Positions 48,546 through 63,015 of a DNA stretch of 64,000 nt are shown here, one piece after another (positions within the stretch are counted from its first letter, which is position 1; every line of letters starts with the position of its first letter). Made by a program: the position numbers and the translations under genes. Below the pieces are notes generated by a model, which searched no databases, was not told the DNA's origin, and was given only the letters and a program-made list of their open reading frames with translations. Source of the stretch: Ranitomeya imitator (lineage: Eukaryota); NCBI RefSeq assembly GCF_032444005.1, contig NC_091289.1, forward strand, positions 17,298,001 to 17,362,000, in the 5' to 3' direction.

Positions 48546-51089
48546 TGCTGCCCTCTATCACCAGTCTGACCTCTATCATGAGTCTTAAAAGAGAAAAAAA
48601 AAAACATATATTCAGCTACTAGACCTCTGCTTTATTATTTGGGTCAAAATCACTATAAGCCTTTGGAGACGAAACAGAGCAGCAAATATACAAAGTAAAA
48701 TTTAAAGGGACACAAATCTCAACCCCCAAATGAATAAGCAACATAAAACATACAATTCCCGTTTGTCAATTTTGAAGACACCAAATTCTTAAAACACTTC
48801 CTAAATCTGTCAGAGAAAATAGTGTTCCTCATATCAAAATTGGTTGTAGACTGTTTAGGGATTAGACGTGGCACCTTGGGGGTGGGGTCTGGACAAAGAG
48901 GTGGGGCTTAATTTACCTACTCTACCATTTCAGACAAGACTAAAGTATCAACTGCAGAAAGCCGTCTGCTCATCTGCAGCCATCCGAGCGGGAAGAGAGA
49001 GCTCCTTCTTCCCGCTAATGGTAGACTATCAAGGCTGCAGCCTATCTGTGGCCATGGATTGGGTACAAGGGTCACGTGATGTACCCCACGGGGGGGGGGG
49101 AATGAGGAGACCAGTGGGAGACATGGACTACGGTGTGGAATAACGGTGTTGATCCAGTAAGTGAGTATATATATATTTTTTTTTTTAAGGCCACCATGGA
49201 TCCAAAATGACAATGAAAACCCCCTTTAATAAAGAGTCAGTGAAGCGATAGAGTACAGCCCCTCCCCCACGGAACGAAAGAGGATCAGCACCTTATCTAT
49301 GAGTATAGTATACAGCATTACTATCCTGCATTATCTAGGCCGCCAGAAGAGAAATAGATCTGACACCCGCCATTTAATCCCCTTCCCTCCTCTGCTTACT
49401 CTGTCCCGGTCTATACAGTAAAGCTGGAAATGAGCTGAAGAAATGATGAAATGTCAAAATAAATAAATTAAAAAAAATTTAAAAAAAAAAATTAAACTTT
49501 ATTCAGACATATTCGATACATTTCTATTAATGGATATGATATTCAGTAATAAAGTATATACTGTACATCAAGAGTTTAGTGCTTGTGGGCATCTTGCACC
49601 AACCCACATTAGAAAAGTCCATGCTTCATGTGATGATCTGATATTTTCTCAAGTTTGGCTCGAGTTCCTGCGTACGCCACGACCGTGTCCGTATATCTGG
49701 TGTATGATAATTGATGGATAGAACTTGTCACAATGTGTCAGATGCCGTGGTTCTTCTACCGGCGGAGCGAGTTCACGCCTGGTCTACATGAGATTGACAC
49801 CAAACATTGGAAGTCCTTGCGGACAAACTGTGAATCTTAAGCAGGTGTGCGCAGCGTTAAGGTCAACGTTGGCCGGCCTGACGAATGACACCTCTTTTGT
49901 TGGATCTCATTAAAATGCGAGCCCCTTCTTTTCCTGTGGCATGTTTCCCTTGAAATGTTAGCAAGACAAGCCTAAGTCAACACGCAAAAAACGCAGAGCA
50001 ACAAAGACGACTTTTCAAAACTCCGGCAACTCCAGCAAGGATTGGAAAAAAAAATTATTTTTTATTTCCATTTTATTTTCTTAACCCGGCAACTTGTCAT
50101 GCACGACATAAAATCTCGTCAGCGGGAGCATGTCGTTACAATCTCACTGTGTTGATTATTTTGTAAAATAGGATAATTTGCATTTAAGAAATACATTTTG
50201 GTTCAATGGTTAAATAGGTTCTCAGCTTCAAATACTATTTCGTTCTTAGACGGGTGCCCTGATAATAAGCTGATCCCACCGTGTCCTGTTGCTGGGATTT
50301 TTAAAGATCACTTCTGATCCGCATCGAATCTGGAAGCAAGTATTACATTTCTCTACAGCACCCCTAAAGGGCAAATGAGGTATTACACGTTGCCTATTGA
50401 AATGTTCAGTCTATCCAACTAAAATTAACTGTTCAAAAATCCTCCAGGGCAAGAAGTATCCTTTGTACACTCTCTATAAATAAAGGACATCTTATTTGCA
50501 ATGCGTTCCCCAGCCTAAAGAAAATAGAAGAAGATCCCCTCACATTAAAGTTTTTACATTGACTCTAGATCAATGGTTATTAAACTTTACTGTTCTGGTT
50601 GTTGCAAGACTACAATTCCCAGATTGAATGTTTGCCTTAGCAACTGTTCCATAGGTGTTAATGAAGACCATATTTTTCATGTTGAATTGGACACCTGATG
50701 TCACAGCGTCCCCAGCGCGGAATAAAACTTTTTTTAATAAGTTAACTTAAGTCCAAGCTGATGTTATCAGATATCAACTTATAAAAGGAGAATAAGTAAA
50801 TGCCCCCGGAAAAAAATTATCTAGTAACGCCCACTTGGCTTAACTTACAGTAACACATTAGGAGCCAAATATTTTAGTTGTTAATATCTCCACAACAGAG
50901 AGGTGATTTTATTTTTTTATTTAAAAAAAAAAGCTCTATTCCAGTCTGCAGCCACTATTAAATAGTGTGTCCAGCACATCATGAAAAATTTGGTGAAATG
51001 TTGGTGAAATTGGTGAAATGTCCTTTTTAAAGAAGGTTTAATTTCCCTTTATAAGAATACCCTTCATTAAACCAAAGTATGAAATGAAA

Positions 51090-51312
51090 NNNNNNNNNNN
51101 NNNNNNNNNNNNNNNNNNNNNNNNNNNNNNNNNNNNNNNNNNNNNNNNNNNNNNNNNNNNNNNNNNNNNNNNNNNNNNNNNNNNNNNNNNNNNNNNNNNN
51201 NNNNNNNNNNNNNNNNNNNNNNNNNNNNNNNNNNNNNNNNNNNNNNNNNNNNNNNNNNNNNNNNNNNNNNNNNNNNNNNNNNNNNNNNNNNNNNNNNNNN
51301 NNNNNNNNNNNN
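51090..51312. other. Assembly gap (N)
   Basis: Run of N. Confidence 1.
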
Positions 51313-51700
51313 AAAAACAAGAAGAAAAAACAACAAAAGAAAAAAAGGTGAAAAAATAAAGTTAGAAAGAAAGGAAGAAAGAAGGAAAGGAAGGAGGGAG
51401 GAGTAAAGAAAAAATGGAGGCAAAAAAAAAGAGAAAAAAGCAAATGAAAGAATGCTGAAAAGAAAAAAAAGAAAAAGAAATAGAGAAAGAAAAAGAAAGT
51501 AAAGCAAAGAAAAAGGAGAAAAGGAAAGAAGGAAATTACAAAAGGGGAAAAAGAACTAAGGAGAAAAAGAGAAAAAGAAAGAACAAAAGAAAAAGGAGAA
51601 AGGCAAAAATTAAGAAATAGAAAGAAAGAATGAAAGGACAAAAGAGGAAAACAGAGAAAAATAAAGAAAAAAGTAAGAAAGAGCGAGAGAAAGAAAATAT
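51313..51700. repeat. A/G-rich low-complexity tract (similar tract at 62765-62935)
   Basis: Almost purine-only; the Phe-rich minus-strand ORFs are artefacts of it. Confidence 0.9.
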
Positions 51701-52893
51701 TGTAGGATTATAAAGTGGCGGCATGCGTCGGGGCCCCGGCTCTGATGTGCAGAATATCAGATGTCCTCTCTCTTGGTGGTTGTTCCTCTCCTTCTCGCAG
51801 GATTTCTTCCAGCCTCACGCTGCACATAGACGGTTTTCTTCATTTCTGTGCATTGGAGCTTTATAAGATTTCTAATGGATTTGTTTGTTGTGTGCTGTTT
51901 ATTACGTTAATGCCTCATCAGGTTCTTGTCAGGTCCATACAGGAAAGTAAAACATTTTGACAGTTTTTCTACAGCGTCATTCCAAAATATTCATCATATT
52001 CTCTCAACTCTGGAAAAGTAAATTTCTCTCGTTGTAATGGGATCAGTATATGGCGAGACCCCGTTGTTCTGGGAGACATTAGGAGAGGGGTCTCAGTCAT
52101 GAATCCCCATCTATGGTACGTCTTCCAATGCCTCTGTGACCCATCACTAGGGTGCAGTTCCCCTTTAAGCGAGGTCTTTTGTACCCAGTCTATTACTCAT
52201 TCCTCTATACCTGAGTCTATTGCGCTGCTGGTGACTCAGTGTCATTTATGCGGGATTTATGGACGGCGGACACATGCGGAGACCATCTTACATCTTCAGC
52301 GATTTATCTCTTGCTACAAGCCCAAGTGACAAATACCTGCGGCTCAGACATCTAACGGCAAATCATTTTGTGCCGTAGAAAAGACTTCCTGTGGCTCCAT
52401 CCTCCTTATCGGCTAATTCCACATAAACAGCGGAGAAGGCCGGCTCTTGATCTTGTGAAGGTCGCCCTGTGATCTGGGATTTTTATACTTCATGGGGACG
52501 ATGAATCCTTCATTTTATGACAAATAGCAAGAGAATTTCGCAATGGAACTAAAATATAATTCACTAGTATCTGAAAACTCTGGAGTCGTCCTTTTCTATC
52601 GAGAAGCCTAAAATTGTAGAAAAGTTGGGCAACAAGCTATGTAACCACACCTAAATTGTACCTTAAGGTGGCCGTATAGCTTCAAAAGTTGTTGGTGAAA
52701 TAGCAAATTATCCCGATGCCTTCCGTACACATGCATGACCACCTCGACTGAGCATACATGTGCTTTCAGTAGAAATTGGGGCATGGTCTAAAGCTTTCTT
52801 AGCTACTTTTCTTCGCTGAGAACCCATAGATCACTAGTTGGACTTCAACATGCCAACTCTATCTTTTGGGTGAGAGGCAGAAGCATCCCATAT

Positions 52894-53882
52894 TGTTACA
52901 TAATGCTGGATCCCCCAAGTTCAGGATCTGGGTGGGCAAACAAGCCATAGGCATTGGTGCAGCAGCCAGGTGGAGCATGTGGAACATGGACAGATGAGGG
53001 ACTGGGAACCACAGGTAGATAGGTAGAATGCTGGATGCTGGAAACTGCAGGCAAGCGAGAGACGTCCAGGAGACCACAGACAAGCAGGTGGACACGTAGA
53101 AGGCAAATTAAAAGTTTTAATAAAGTGTTGGGAAACAGGAGACATCCTGGAAGCCACAGGTGGATACGTAGAAGGCAAACTAAAAGTCTTAATAATGTCC
53201 TGGAGACCACAGACAAGCAGACCGGATGCTTAAAAGTGCAGTAAGGCAGGAAATGTTCAGGAGACCACAGGCAAGTAGGAAGGATACTAGAAATTGCAGG
53301 CAAGCCGGAAACATTGAGAAGAGGATAGGCAAGCAGGCAGGATGCTGGAAATTGCGGGCAAGCAGGAAACAGCCAGGTGATCACTGACAGGCAGGCGGAA
53401 TGCTGGAAACCGCTGGCAGGCAGGAAATGTTTGGGATACCACAAATAAGCAGGCAGGATGCTGGAAACCGTTGTCTGCTGGGAGACATCCAGGAGACCAC
53501 AGGTAAGCAGGCAGGATGCTGGAAACCGCTGGCAGGCAGGAGACATCCAGGAGACCACAGGAAAGCAGGTGAAGTCCTGAGGACCACTGGCAGGTAGCAG
53601 GGTTACTGGAACCACAGACCAGCAGGCAAAGTCCTCCACTGACAGGTACCAAGGTTGCTGGAAACCACAGATAGATAGCTCATGGACAGGAAACCACAAG
53701 CACCCAGGAGACGTCCTGATGCGCAAGTTTTTGAGAGCATGAGAAATGGCACGTCAAGTGAAGGGGAGGTCAATTAAGCCAATGACCACTGTGACCATGG
53801 AAGGGTTGGTGCAGCACCCGATGGGAATCACAGCCTCTTTGTCATTTAGAGCAATCACAGGTAAATGACATGCTACATAACA
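52894..53882 (-). mobile_element. Old solo-LTR-like element with internal degenerate repeats of about 58 bp
   Basis: TGTTACATAA...CTACATAACA termini; internal GGAGACCACAG/GCTGGAAAC units; end region resembles 61720-61765; TSD unclear. Confidence 0.6.
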
Positions 53883-54713
53883 GTATCCCACCCCTATAAT
53901 ACTAGCATCTTACCTCTGAAGGGATTGGGGACCGGGCACACCTCCTTCTTATATACCCCATAGTACAGATATCCCCCAGCGTAAAGACCCTACATGATCC
54001 ATTTCTTATATAATGATCATAAATAATATAATAGACGATGAGTGTAGACGATTATTATATTGACGGCAGCAATTACAGCCTTCATTATGTACTTTACAGC
54101 AGTGGAATACATTTCCTTCCAAATGCTGATCTGTAGTGGCGCAGATCGCTGCCAGAACTGAGCTCTCCATACAGTAAAAGCTCCTCCAATGTAAAAATGT
54201 GCTGCAGCCAAGAAGAGGCGTCACTCCGCAGGTTGTTCCTGTGGCCCCCTAGAAAGCATGCTCCACAAAGCATGCTACATTATCGGCAGATTATAGGGCA
54301 GAGACTCAGGGTGCTCGGAGCACAATGAGCATCATTCAAATCATAACATGTAACGTTTAAAGGGGTCTTCTAAGACTTCAATATCTCAAGGAATAAGTAA
54401 TCAACTCCAGATCGTTTTGGGTCCAAACCCAGGTAAACTCAATGATCCGCTGATTAGCGGTATATCGGGAGCCCCACAGCGCCGTTCAATATGCAGTGGC
54501 TATAAGTGGTACTGCATCTCTTTCTTGGTCACTTGTATGGGGGAGCGCTCGCAGTACTACATAATACATGGAGCATGTGTGCATGTGTTTTCTATGGACA
54601 GAGGGGACTTAGCAGCTATTTTTCTAATCTTGGGCAACCTCTTTAATACATATCTATTATTTACACAGGTTATCACCCAGCTTTCCTAGAGTCCAGAATG
54701 GAAAGATTGCTTA

Positions 54714-55713
54714 GGCCGGTTTCACACGTCAGTGGCTCCGGTACGTGAGGTGACAGTTTTCTCACGTACCGGAGACACTGACTCACGTAGACACATTGAA
54801 ATCAATGTGTCTCTGCACATGTCAGCGTGTTTTCACGGATCGTGTGTCCGTGTGCAAAACACGGAGACATGTCAGTGTTCGTGTCAGCGCACGGATTACA
54901 CGGACCCATTAAAGTCAATGGGTCCGTGTAAAACACGTACCGCACACGGACGCTGTCCGTGTGCCGTGCAGGAGACAGTGCTACAGTAAGCGCTGTCCCC
55001 CCCACGTGGTGCTGAAGCCGCCATTCATATCTTCTCTCCAGCAGCGTTCGCTGGATAGAAGATATGAAAAATCCTTTTTTTTTTTTTTTCCGTGTTTAAA
55101 ATAAAGATCCCTGTCCTCACCCCTCTCCCACACCCTGTGCGCCCCCCCGCTGTTAATAAAATACTCACCCGGCTCCCTCGCAGCGTCCTGTCCTCGCTGC
55201 AGCTTCTCCTGTATGTGTGATCACGTGGTGCCGCCGATTACAGTAAGGAATATGTGGCTCCACCTCCCATAGGGGTGGAGCCGCATATTCATCACTGTAA
55301 TGGGCGGCACCACGTGACCACTCATACAGGAGAAGGTGCGGCAAGGACAGGACGCTGCGAGGGAGCCAGGTGAGTATTTAAATAACAGTGGGCGGACGCA
55401 CAGGGGGTGGGAGGGGGGAGGGGACAGGGATCTTTATTTTAAACACGGAAAAAAAAAAAAGGATTTTTCATATCTTCTATCCAGCGAACGCTGCTGGAGA
55501 GAAGATATGAATGGCGGCTTCAGCACCAGATGCAGGGGACAGCGCTTATCTCTAGCGCTGTCTCCTGCACGCTCCGTGTGGTACCCAGTCGGCACACGGG
55601 CGGCACACGTGTGCCACACGGATGGCCTACGTGAGCTCACAGACACACGGACACGGATAATTCCGGTACCGATTTTTCCGGTACCGGAATTATCTGGACG
55701 TGTGAGACTGGCC
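54714..55713. mobile_element. PIF/Harbinger MITE, 1000 bp, with an internal foldback of about 265-bp arms
   Basis: TTA|GGCCGGTTTCACACGTC...GACGTGTGAGACTGGCC|TTA; 55005-55265 is mirrored at 55272-55530. Confidence 0.92.
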
Positions 55714-56437
55714 TTAGACATGGTGCTTTTTTCTGTACAAGTTGACGGGGAAAGCTGTGACCCTTGTAGGTGCTGTCATTAGGAATCATCTTCTGTTGGT
55801 CCGAAAAAATGACCGGTATTCCCTAATTGTGTTTCCTCTGGCATCATTTCCAAAATTACACCCGACTGCGATTTCTGAAGCGACAGCACAAAGCTCTTTG
55901 ATTGTCCGGTGATGGGCAGAGCAGAAAGCGGCTTCCTTGTCTCCGCAGACGTCCAGAGGTTAATTCAGAAGAGTGGAAACAAATGGATGTGACACCTCCA
56001 CAGAGCGCAGCGACAGGGAAGCAAACAATCAATTTTGCCACGAGAGGAATTGGTCGTCAGCCAGCGCGGTGCCCGCACAATAAATTGCCTGTGACGGGCA
56101 GAATCCTTCTTCTCCATTCCCCGTCCAGCCAAGACACAACGCACGCCATGATTGGCTCCCGTAGTGAGGGCCACGGCGTGACCGCCATTTCTAAACATCT
56201 GTCAGTGATTAAACAGTTCACTAACCAGATCTCACATTACTGCGATGACCATGCGGGCAGAGGCCGTTCTGATCCATGAGGACTACGGACAGGCAGCAAC
56301 CACAGACATCGATGTATGCAACTCAATACGGGTGCCATACAGGACTGTGGTCAAGTTGTAATCAAGTTGTGGTCAGTTGTAATGTGTTATTCTGACCACA
56401 GGGGGCAGCAGGGAGCAGCCACTAGATTGTCCACATT

Positions 56438-57760
56438 AAGGGTTCATACTCATATCAAAGAAATATGGACGAGTGCAATCCAATTTAAAAAAAAAATCGG
56501 ATAGCACTATGCTTAATGTTATTCTATCTGTCCCGGCTCATCTGCGATTTTTTTTTTTTTCAGCTCATATCGGACTGAGAAAAAAATTGCATCATGTTTC
56601 AATTGTCCGCGTATATCGGAAGAGACTCGCCAATGCAAGTCAATGGGCGCGATTGAAAAAAAAAACTCTCGCGGCACTCGGACGATGCGAGTGCTGTCTT
56701 ATTTTTACACATCAATCTCCTAGAAAATCCAACATTTCATCACCTGTGTACAGTAAAATCACATCATGACAGATAAGAAAAGAATAGATTGAATAGATAT
56801 ATACACATAGAATAAATAGATATATAGATGTCAGTCACATATATAATTAGTACAGCGTGTGTGCAGCTTACTGTGCATGTATTTAATTAATAAATAAATA
56901 AGTTTCTGAAAAAATGGCGTTGGCTCTCCTGAAATGTTATTAACCAGCAGAGGGAAAGCAGACAGCAGTGGGCTGATGTTTATAGTCTGGGAAGGGGGTA
57001 ATACCCACAGAGCATCCAGGCTATTAATATCAGCTCACAATTGTATACTTAGTCTTTACTAGCTATTCAACCTCCCCAAAAAAATGATGTGGGATCCCCT
57101 TATGATTAATAAGTAGCAAAGGCTAAGCAGACAGCTGCGGGCTGATATTAATAGCCTAGGAAGGAGCCATGGATATTGGCCCCGTCCCAGACTAAAAATA
57201 TCAGCTCTCAGCCTCCCCAGAGAGATGCACAATTCTGACGTGTAGCCTCACTCTTCCCACTTGCCCTGGTGCCTGGTGCGTTGGCAAGTGGAGTAATAGT
57301 ATTGGGGTTGATGTCACCTTTGTATTAACAGCTGACATTAAGCCCAGGGGTTAGTAATGGAGAGACGTATATAAGACACCCCAATAACTAACTCCATAGT
57401 CATATTGTAAAGAAAAAAACACCCTGAATAAAGTCCTTTATTTTAAATAAAGACACTGACAATTATTTATTTAAAACAAAAAAAAAAAATCAAACTTATA
57501 CTCACCTTTACGCCCAATCCACTGAAGCCAATGTCACCTGTAAAAGAATTAAAATAATAAACAACAATATTCCTCACCTGTCCCAGACATGAAGATAATC
57601 CTCTGATGCCCATGTCCCCTGTAGAAGAGTTAAGAAAAAATAAACAACCATATTCCTCACCTCTCCGACGAGAAGATAATAATCCATTTGTCCATAGACT
57701 ACTCTAGCTCTGCTACATATACTTGGCATACTGAACACTGGACTGATGACAGTGTTCAAC
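56438..57760. mobile_element. Composite non-autonomous DNA element(s), probably Harbinger-related
   Basis: TAA|GGGTTCATACTCA start, internal similarity to 44410-44620, repeated ATATTCCTCACCT modules; boundaries uncertain. Confidence 0.4.
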
Positions 57761-59549
57761 ATGTCAGGAAGACGAAAGACACTGAGCTGTATGTGACCCT
57801 GTGCCAGCAAGACAGGGATACTTAGAGGTGCTCCCCAAAGGAAATTATCCAAACAGCGCCCCGTATCTCAGCTTCCTGCGACCTTTTGAGAACGTATGTT
57901 ACCATTCCCCCTGTAACTAGGTAAGTCCTCTCAATGCCAGACTATGTAAGACACTGCCAAAGTAGATGGCTATGCCATTTCCAGGAGGCATGACGGAGGG
58001 ATAGGCAGACCTCTGGAATTCTCTATACATGTGAGAAGAGCAGACAGTGTGCGCACACTTCACGTATACTGATATTTACACCAGATTCAGGACGGATAAG
58101 AACGCGGCAATTTCCGTTGCCGCCTTGAGCTGCAGAGTGAATGTGTCCAGAGCCCATTATTATTTATTTTCCATAATACCCATTTGCGCTCGCAGCCCTT
58201 GGCTATGCTGCTTTCATTTATATACAGCTATGAATTTTTAAAGCAGAGACGTCAATCTCCCTGCAGCCTCATCCTTAGACTTCACCCCAGGTACTATAGC
58301 TCCACCAAGAGGCTGGGATGGGTACTGCACCTTATAAATAAAACTGCACTTACTTTTTATCCCCAGAAGCGGCGCTACTCTTGTGCACAGGCTGTATCTG
58401 GTATTGCACTTAAGCCCTATTCAAGTGAATGTAGCTAGCTGCAATACCAGATACCGCCTGTGGAAGAGAGTGGCGCTGTTTCTCAGATAAAATAGAAAAC
58501 TTTAACACATTTCATACCCTTGTCAGATGTCATACTCGCAGGAGAAACTGCAGAGTAAAACGGTGCCGAGAGGGACTGTCAAGAAGATCACTTGTGGTGA
58601 TGTAGCAGGGCCCACCAGTGAAGCAGAGCTGGATATGTCAGGAGACTTACAAGTAGAGATGTAGCAGAATGCTGTGGAACACCAGAGCTGGGTATGTAAA
58701 ATAGCTTCATAATAATGAAGCAGAGTCCAATAGAGAGCAAGTAGCGATGAAGACACCAACTACCTGAATACTCAGGTCATGTACTGCCGCCTGAGCTAGT
58801 CTATGAGACCTAGATGGGTGATCTCAAAGGCACACGTAAAATTAACACAGAGTAAGCCAGCCGTCAGGTGAGGAAGACTAGAGTCTGGCACTAGATCCAG
58901 GACAGGTAGCAGCACCTTATTTGAAAATCAGGGGAATTGACTTAAAATGTAACTAGATTTGCCAAACTGTCCATGGTAGCGCATTCGAGAGAACTGGTGC
59001 AGCGCATGAGAAGTTCTGATTGTAAATGGTGGCAAATCCAACTTCCCGATCCTCATCTGGTCCCGGGTAGGGAGCTAAAATTAATGAATTCTGCTGATAG
59101 TGAGTCTTTTAAAGACAATGAACCAGGATGGGATGCTGCTGAGATGCGAGTTCTGAAAAATGCACCAAAAACAATTATGTAACACAGTATCAGTATAAGA
59201 TAAGCGTAGCTCCACTTTATATGCAGATTACAGGATGGGGAAAGTATTTCTGCCATAGTTTCTCTCGCATTGTCACTGCATGTTCAGCGTAGGCTCCTTG
59301 AGATGAATCCCATGATTCATGGCTCAGTGAACAATACATCAGACATTTTTATAGACTCTTCTGATTTACGACGTGCCAATAAAAGCTTTATTAAAAGATG
59401 ATATTTAAAGGCGGCACCACTAAACTAAGATTGCACCGCCACGGCCAGCGCCGGAGATTGCGCTACTGCCTGCAGCATCTGGGTGGCTTCCAACTGGGTC
59501 ATCAAATTCATGGAGTTTACGTCTTATTACCGGTAATATTCTGGGCTTC

Positions 59550-59552
<3 letters not shown>

Positions 59553-59641
<89 letters not shown>
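59553..59641. repeat. (TA)n microsatellite, about 44 units
   Basis: Direct reading. Confidence 0.98.
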
Positions 59642-59643
<2 letters not shown>

Positions 59644-60469
59644 TTATTATAAAAAAAACGCCCAAAAATCTAAAAAAAAAATCTAGATATGGAAATCTCA
59701 GTAGTGATGCATCTGTAGCAACTTACTTGGTCCTGAAGGGGGTCATTGATTAGAGGGGCTCCGTCCTAATTCTAGCTATGGCGCCTGCATGGTATTTTCT
59801 CATGCTCCAGACTATAGTTAAAATCCTTAGTGATGGGATCAAAAGCTCTACTAAACCTACATAGTTGGCAATAGTAAATGTGAGGTTGTCCTAGTGCCAA
59901 AAGGAATGAAGCTTATGTAAACCTCACGCAAAAGTGAGCAGTTGTCAAGTTTGAGGGATGGGGTGTTCCCGGCTCCCATTCACTTCAATAGGAACTAAGC
60001 TGCAGTACCCAAGAACAGCCACTACACAATACACGGAGCTATGGTCTTCTAGCTGCCATGTTATCTGCTAACAGCTGATTGGTGGGGGTAAAAGATTTGG
60101 GAGGACCAGTGATCTGATCTGAGTTCTGCACATCAGCTTCAAAGTGAATTTCCACCTACATTGTAAAATTGGACAGTCTTCAGTTTGCTCCCTATGCAGA
60201 AACGTGTATGAATAGAAAAAGAAAAATCTGCGTCTTGGTTTAAAAAAAAAAATAAAAAAAATCTTAAACTGTCATGTTTATTGCAGTGGAAGCTAAATTC
60301 AGGCTTCCTGCAGTTACCATAAGGGGGCGCTCATCGTATAAAGCTTTATAAAACTCAATGATAATTTTTTTTTCATTGGGCTCCCCCTAGTGGTGACTGT
60401 AGGTAATCAGGATTTTAACACTGTGTAACTGGATGCAGGCTAACAGTAAAATTAATCTATGAAGTATTG

Positions 60470-60600
60470 NNNNNNNNNNNNNNNNNNNNNNNNNNNNNNN
60501 NNNNNNNNNNNNNNNNNNNNNNNNNNNNNNNNNNNNNNNNNNNNNNNNNNNNNNNNNNNNNNNNNNNNNNNNNNNNNNNNNNNNNNNNNNNNNNNNNNNN
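60470..60600. other. Assembly gap (N)
   Basis: Run of N. Confidence 1.
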
Positions 60601-61765
60601 CTGATCCAGGCTTTGCTCGCCTCACCCCGGTCTGCTGAACTCTGTTGTGCTCTTCATCTGGCTTTGCAGATGGCTCAGCGTGATCCCATGTGATCGTTTG
60701 CCTGGGCCTATATAAGGCTCACCAAGATATGCACCTGTGTCTTGGTAATAAGACTATCTAGTTGCTCCAGAGTTCTGTCTGCAATCTTCCAAGACCTCTG
60801 CTATCTGCTCTGGATCTTCCAATACCTCTGGTATCTGTTCCTGATCTTCCAGGACATCTGCTATGTGCCCCCCTGCAGCTTTTAGGACATCTGATACATG
60901 TTCCCGATCTTCCAGGACCTCTGCTACCTGTTCCTAAATTCCTAGGACCTCTGCTGCATTTCCACCTGTGGCTTTGAGAACATCTCCTGTCCACCTGATG
61001 CTTCCAGAACCTCTGATACCTGTTCCTGGTCTTGCAAGACCTCTGCTACATGTCCACCTGCAGCTTCCAGAAAGTCTCCTGTCCGTCTGCGGCTTCCAGA
61101 ACCTCTGCCACCTGTTCCCTGTATTCCAGGGCGTATGCTACATGTCTCCCTGCAGATTCCATGACGTCTCCTGTCTGCCTGTAGCTTCCAGGACCTTTAT
61201 AACCTGTTCCCAGTCTTACAGTACCTCTATTACCTCTTCCTGGTCTTCCAGGATCTCTGCTACCTGTTCCTGGTTTTACAGGACCTCTACTACCTATTCC
61301 CACTCTCCTTTTCACCCACAGCTTCCAAGACCTGATAACTGTTCCCGATCTTCTAGGACTTCTCCTGCATGTCCACCTGCTGCTAGCAGGACTTCTCCTG
61401 TCCATCTGCGGCTTCCAGAATCTCTGCTACCTGTTCCTTGTTTTCCCAGACCTATGCTACGTGTCTGCCTGCAGCTTTCAGGATGTTTTCTCTCTGCCTG
61501 CGGCTTCCAGGACCTCTACTACCTGTTCTCGGTTTTAACGGACCTCTACTACCTGTTCCCAGTCTCCGGTTTACCTGCAGCATCCAGTCCGTCTCCTGTC
61601 TGCCTGCAGCTTCCAGGACTTCTGCTACTTGCTTTGGGTCTCATGTCTGTCTGTTTTCTCTTGTACCTCTGCTACCCATTTCCCGTTTGCCTCATCTGCC
61701 TGCTGCACTGACACCCACAGCCCGTGTGCCCACCCGGACCTTGGGCTAATAAAGACCCTGAAACA
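60601..61765 (+). mobile_element. LTR-like element with TATA box, degenerate internal CT-rich repeats and AATAAA; 5' end lies in the gap
   Basis: CCTATATAAGG at about 60707; repeated CTTCCAGGACCTCTGCTACCTGTTCC units; TGCCCACCCGGACCTTGGGCTAATAAA..GAAACA end resembles the 52894 element. Confidence 0.55.
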
Positions 61766-63015
61766 ATGTAAATTTGCAGAGTAAAATAGAAGCATGTAAC
61801 TGGTAAAAATAAAGGTCGGAAGGCAACCTTAGTCGGCAACTTCTCAGTTTCCCATGTTCCCACTACTATACATCGATTCACACGTAGATCTGGGAACGAA
61901 CATCTGTCCCTCGAGCCGGAGGCCCCAGAATAGATGTTTGTTGTTTATATTAAGAGACCCACAACTCCTGTAAAGGACCCTTGTTAGCCGCGTCCGAACA
62001 CCACACAATCAGCTTCATTGTATAGTCATTAACAGGATGCCGCTCCATACATTGGATTTATTGTACCTTCACAAGTGGCCACAAAGCCCCAACCTTGCCT
62101 ACAGCAGGTAAAGGGTTAACAGATTCTGGAAGTGTGTGCATCCAATCAACATGGAAAAAAAGCAACGCGGAGGATGCGAAACGCGGCTGAATAACGCGAT
62201 TAGACATGAAGGTTCAGTAACCCCCCAGTCATTCATTATTTCTTTATCTGATAGTAAAGGGGTTAATTGAGTGGATCTGATGGCAGCGATTTCTGCGCCG
62301 CTGGGAGAGTTTTATAAATATTCCCCGTTCGGGCTAAATATAGAGATTATCTGCTGCGGCAATTAAGACGCGTCCTCCTGGGAGATCGGCAGCAGTTGGC
62401 AAAACTGGAATGAAAAATGATAATATTTACAGAACACAAAATCCGGGCTGAGAGCAGCATTGTCCGTGCAAAGCTGTGCAAGATGGGAATCTGGACCTGG
62501 GCAGAGGGGTTTATATAAGTAATCCTCCAGGCCTTAAAGGGATATTGCCCCCTCAAATATAAGGCACATACTGGTGCCACCTGTGGGACGTGCGCTCATG
62601 TGGATAATGGGTTCCCCTGAAACATTTGGCTATGGACATGTGCGACCATCACTCCATTCATTCTCCATCTGGATGCCATGGCCACCACACCAAGCAAATC
62701 AGTGGAAGGACGACCACTGAGCTTCACAAAATTATGGGTGGCAGCAAGGCTAGTACTAGGTAGGTAAGAGAGGGAGAGAAAGGGAGACCAAGAAAAAGAG
62801 AGAGAAAATAGAGAAAAAGATGGAGAGCATGTGAGAGAGAAAAAGATAACTGAAGGGAGGATAGATAAATAAATAGAGAAAAAAGAGAGCGCCAAGATAA
62901 AGAGATAGAAATAATGAGAGAGAGTGAGAAATAAGGGGCTTCTGGGCTCCTCTTACATACATCCTTAAAATATTAAAGTTTCCTGCCCTCCTATTCCAAT
63001 CCTCGCCAGCTGACC

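Noticed and set aside
51027-51724. Phe/Leu-rich ORFs
   Set aside because: Low-complexity purine tract spanning an N gap
52896-61711. 276-aa (52896) and 247-aa (60968) ORFs
   Set aside because: Arise from degenerate internal repeats of LTR-like elements; no protein domain recognisable
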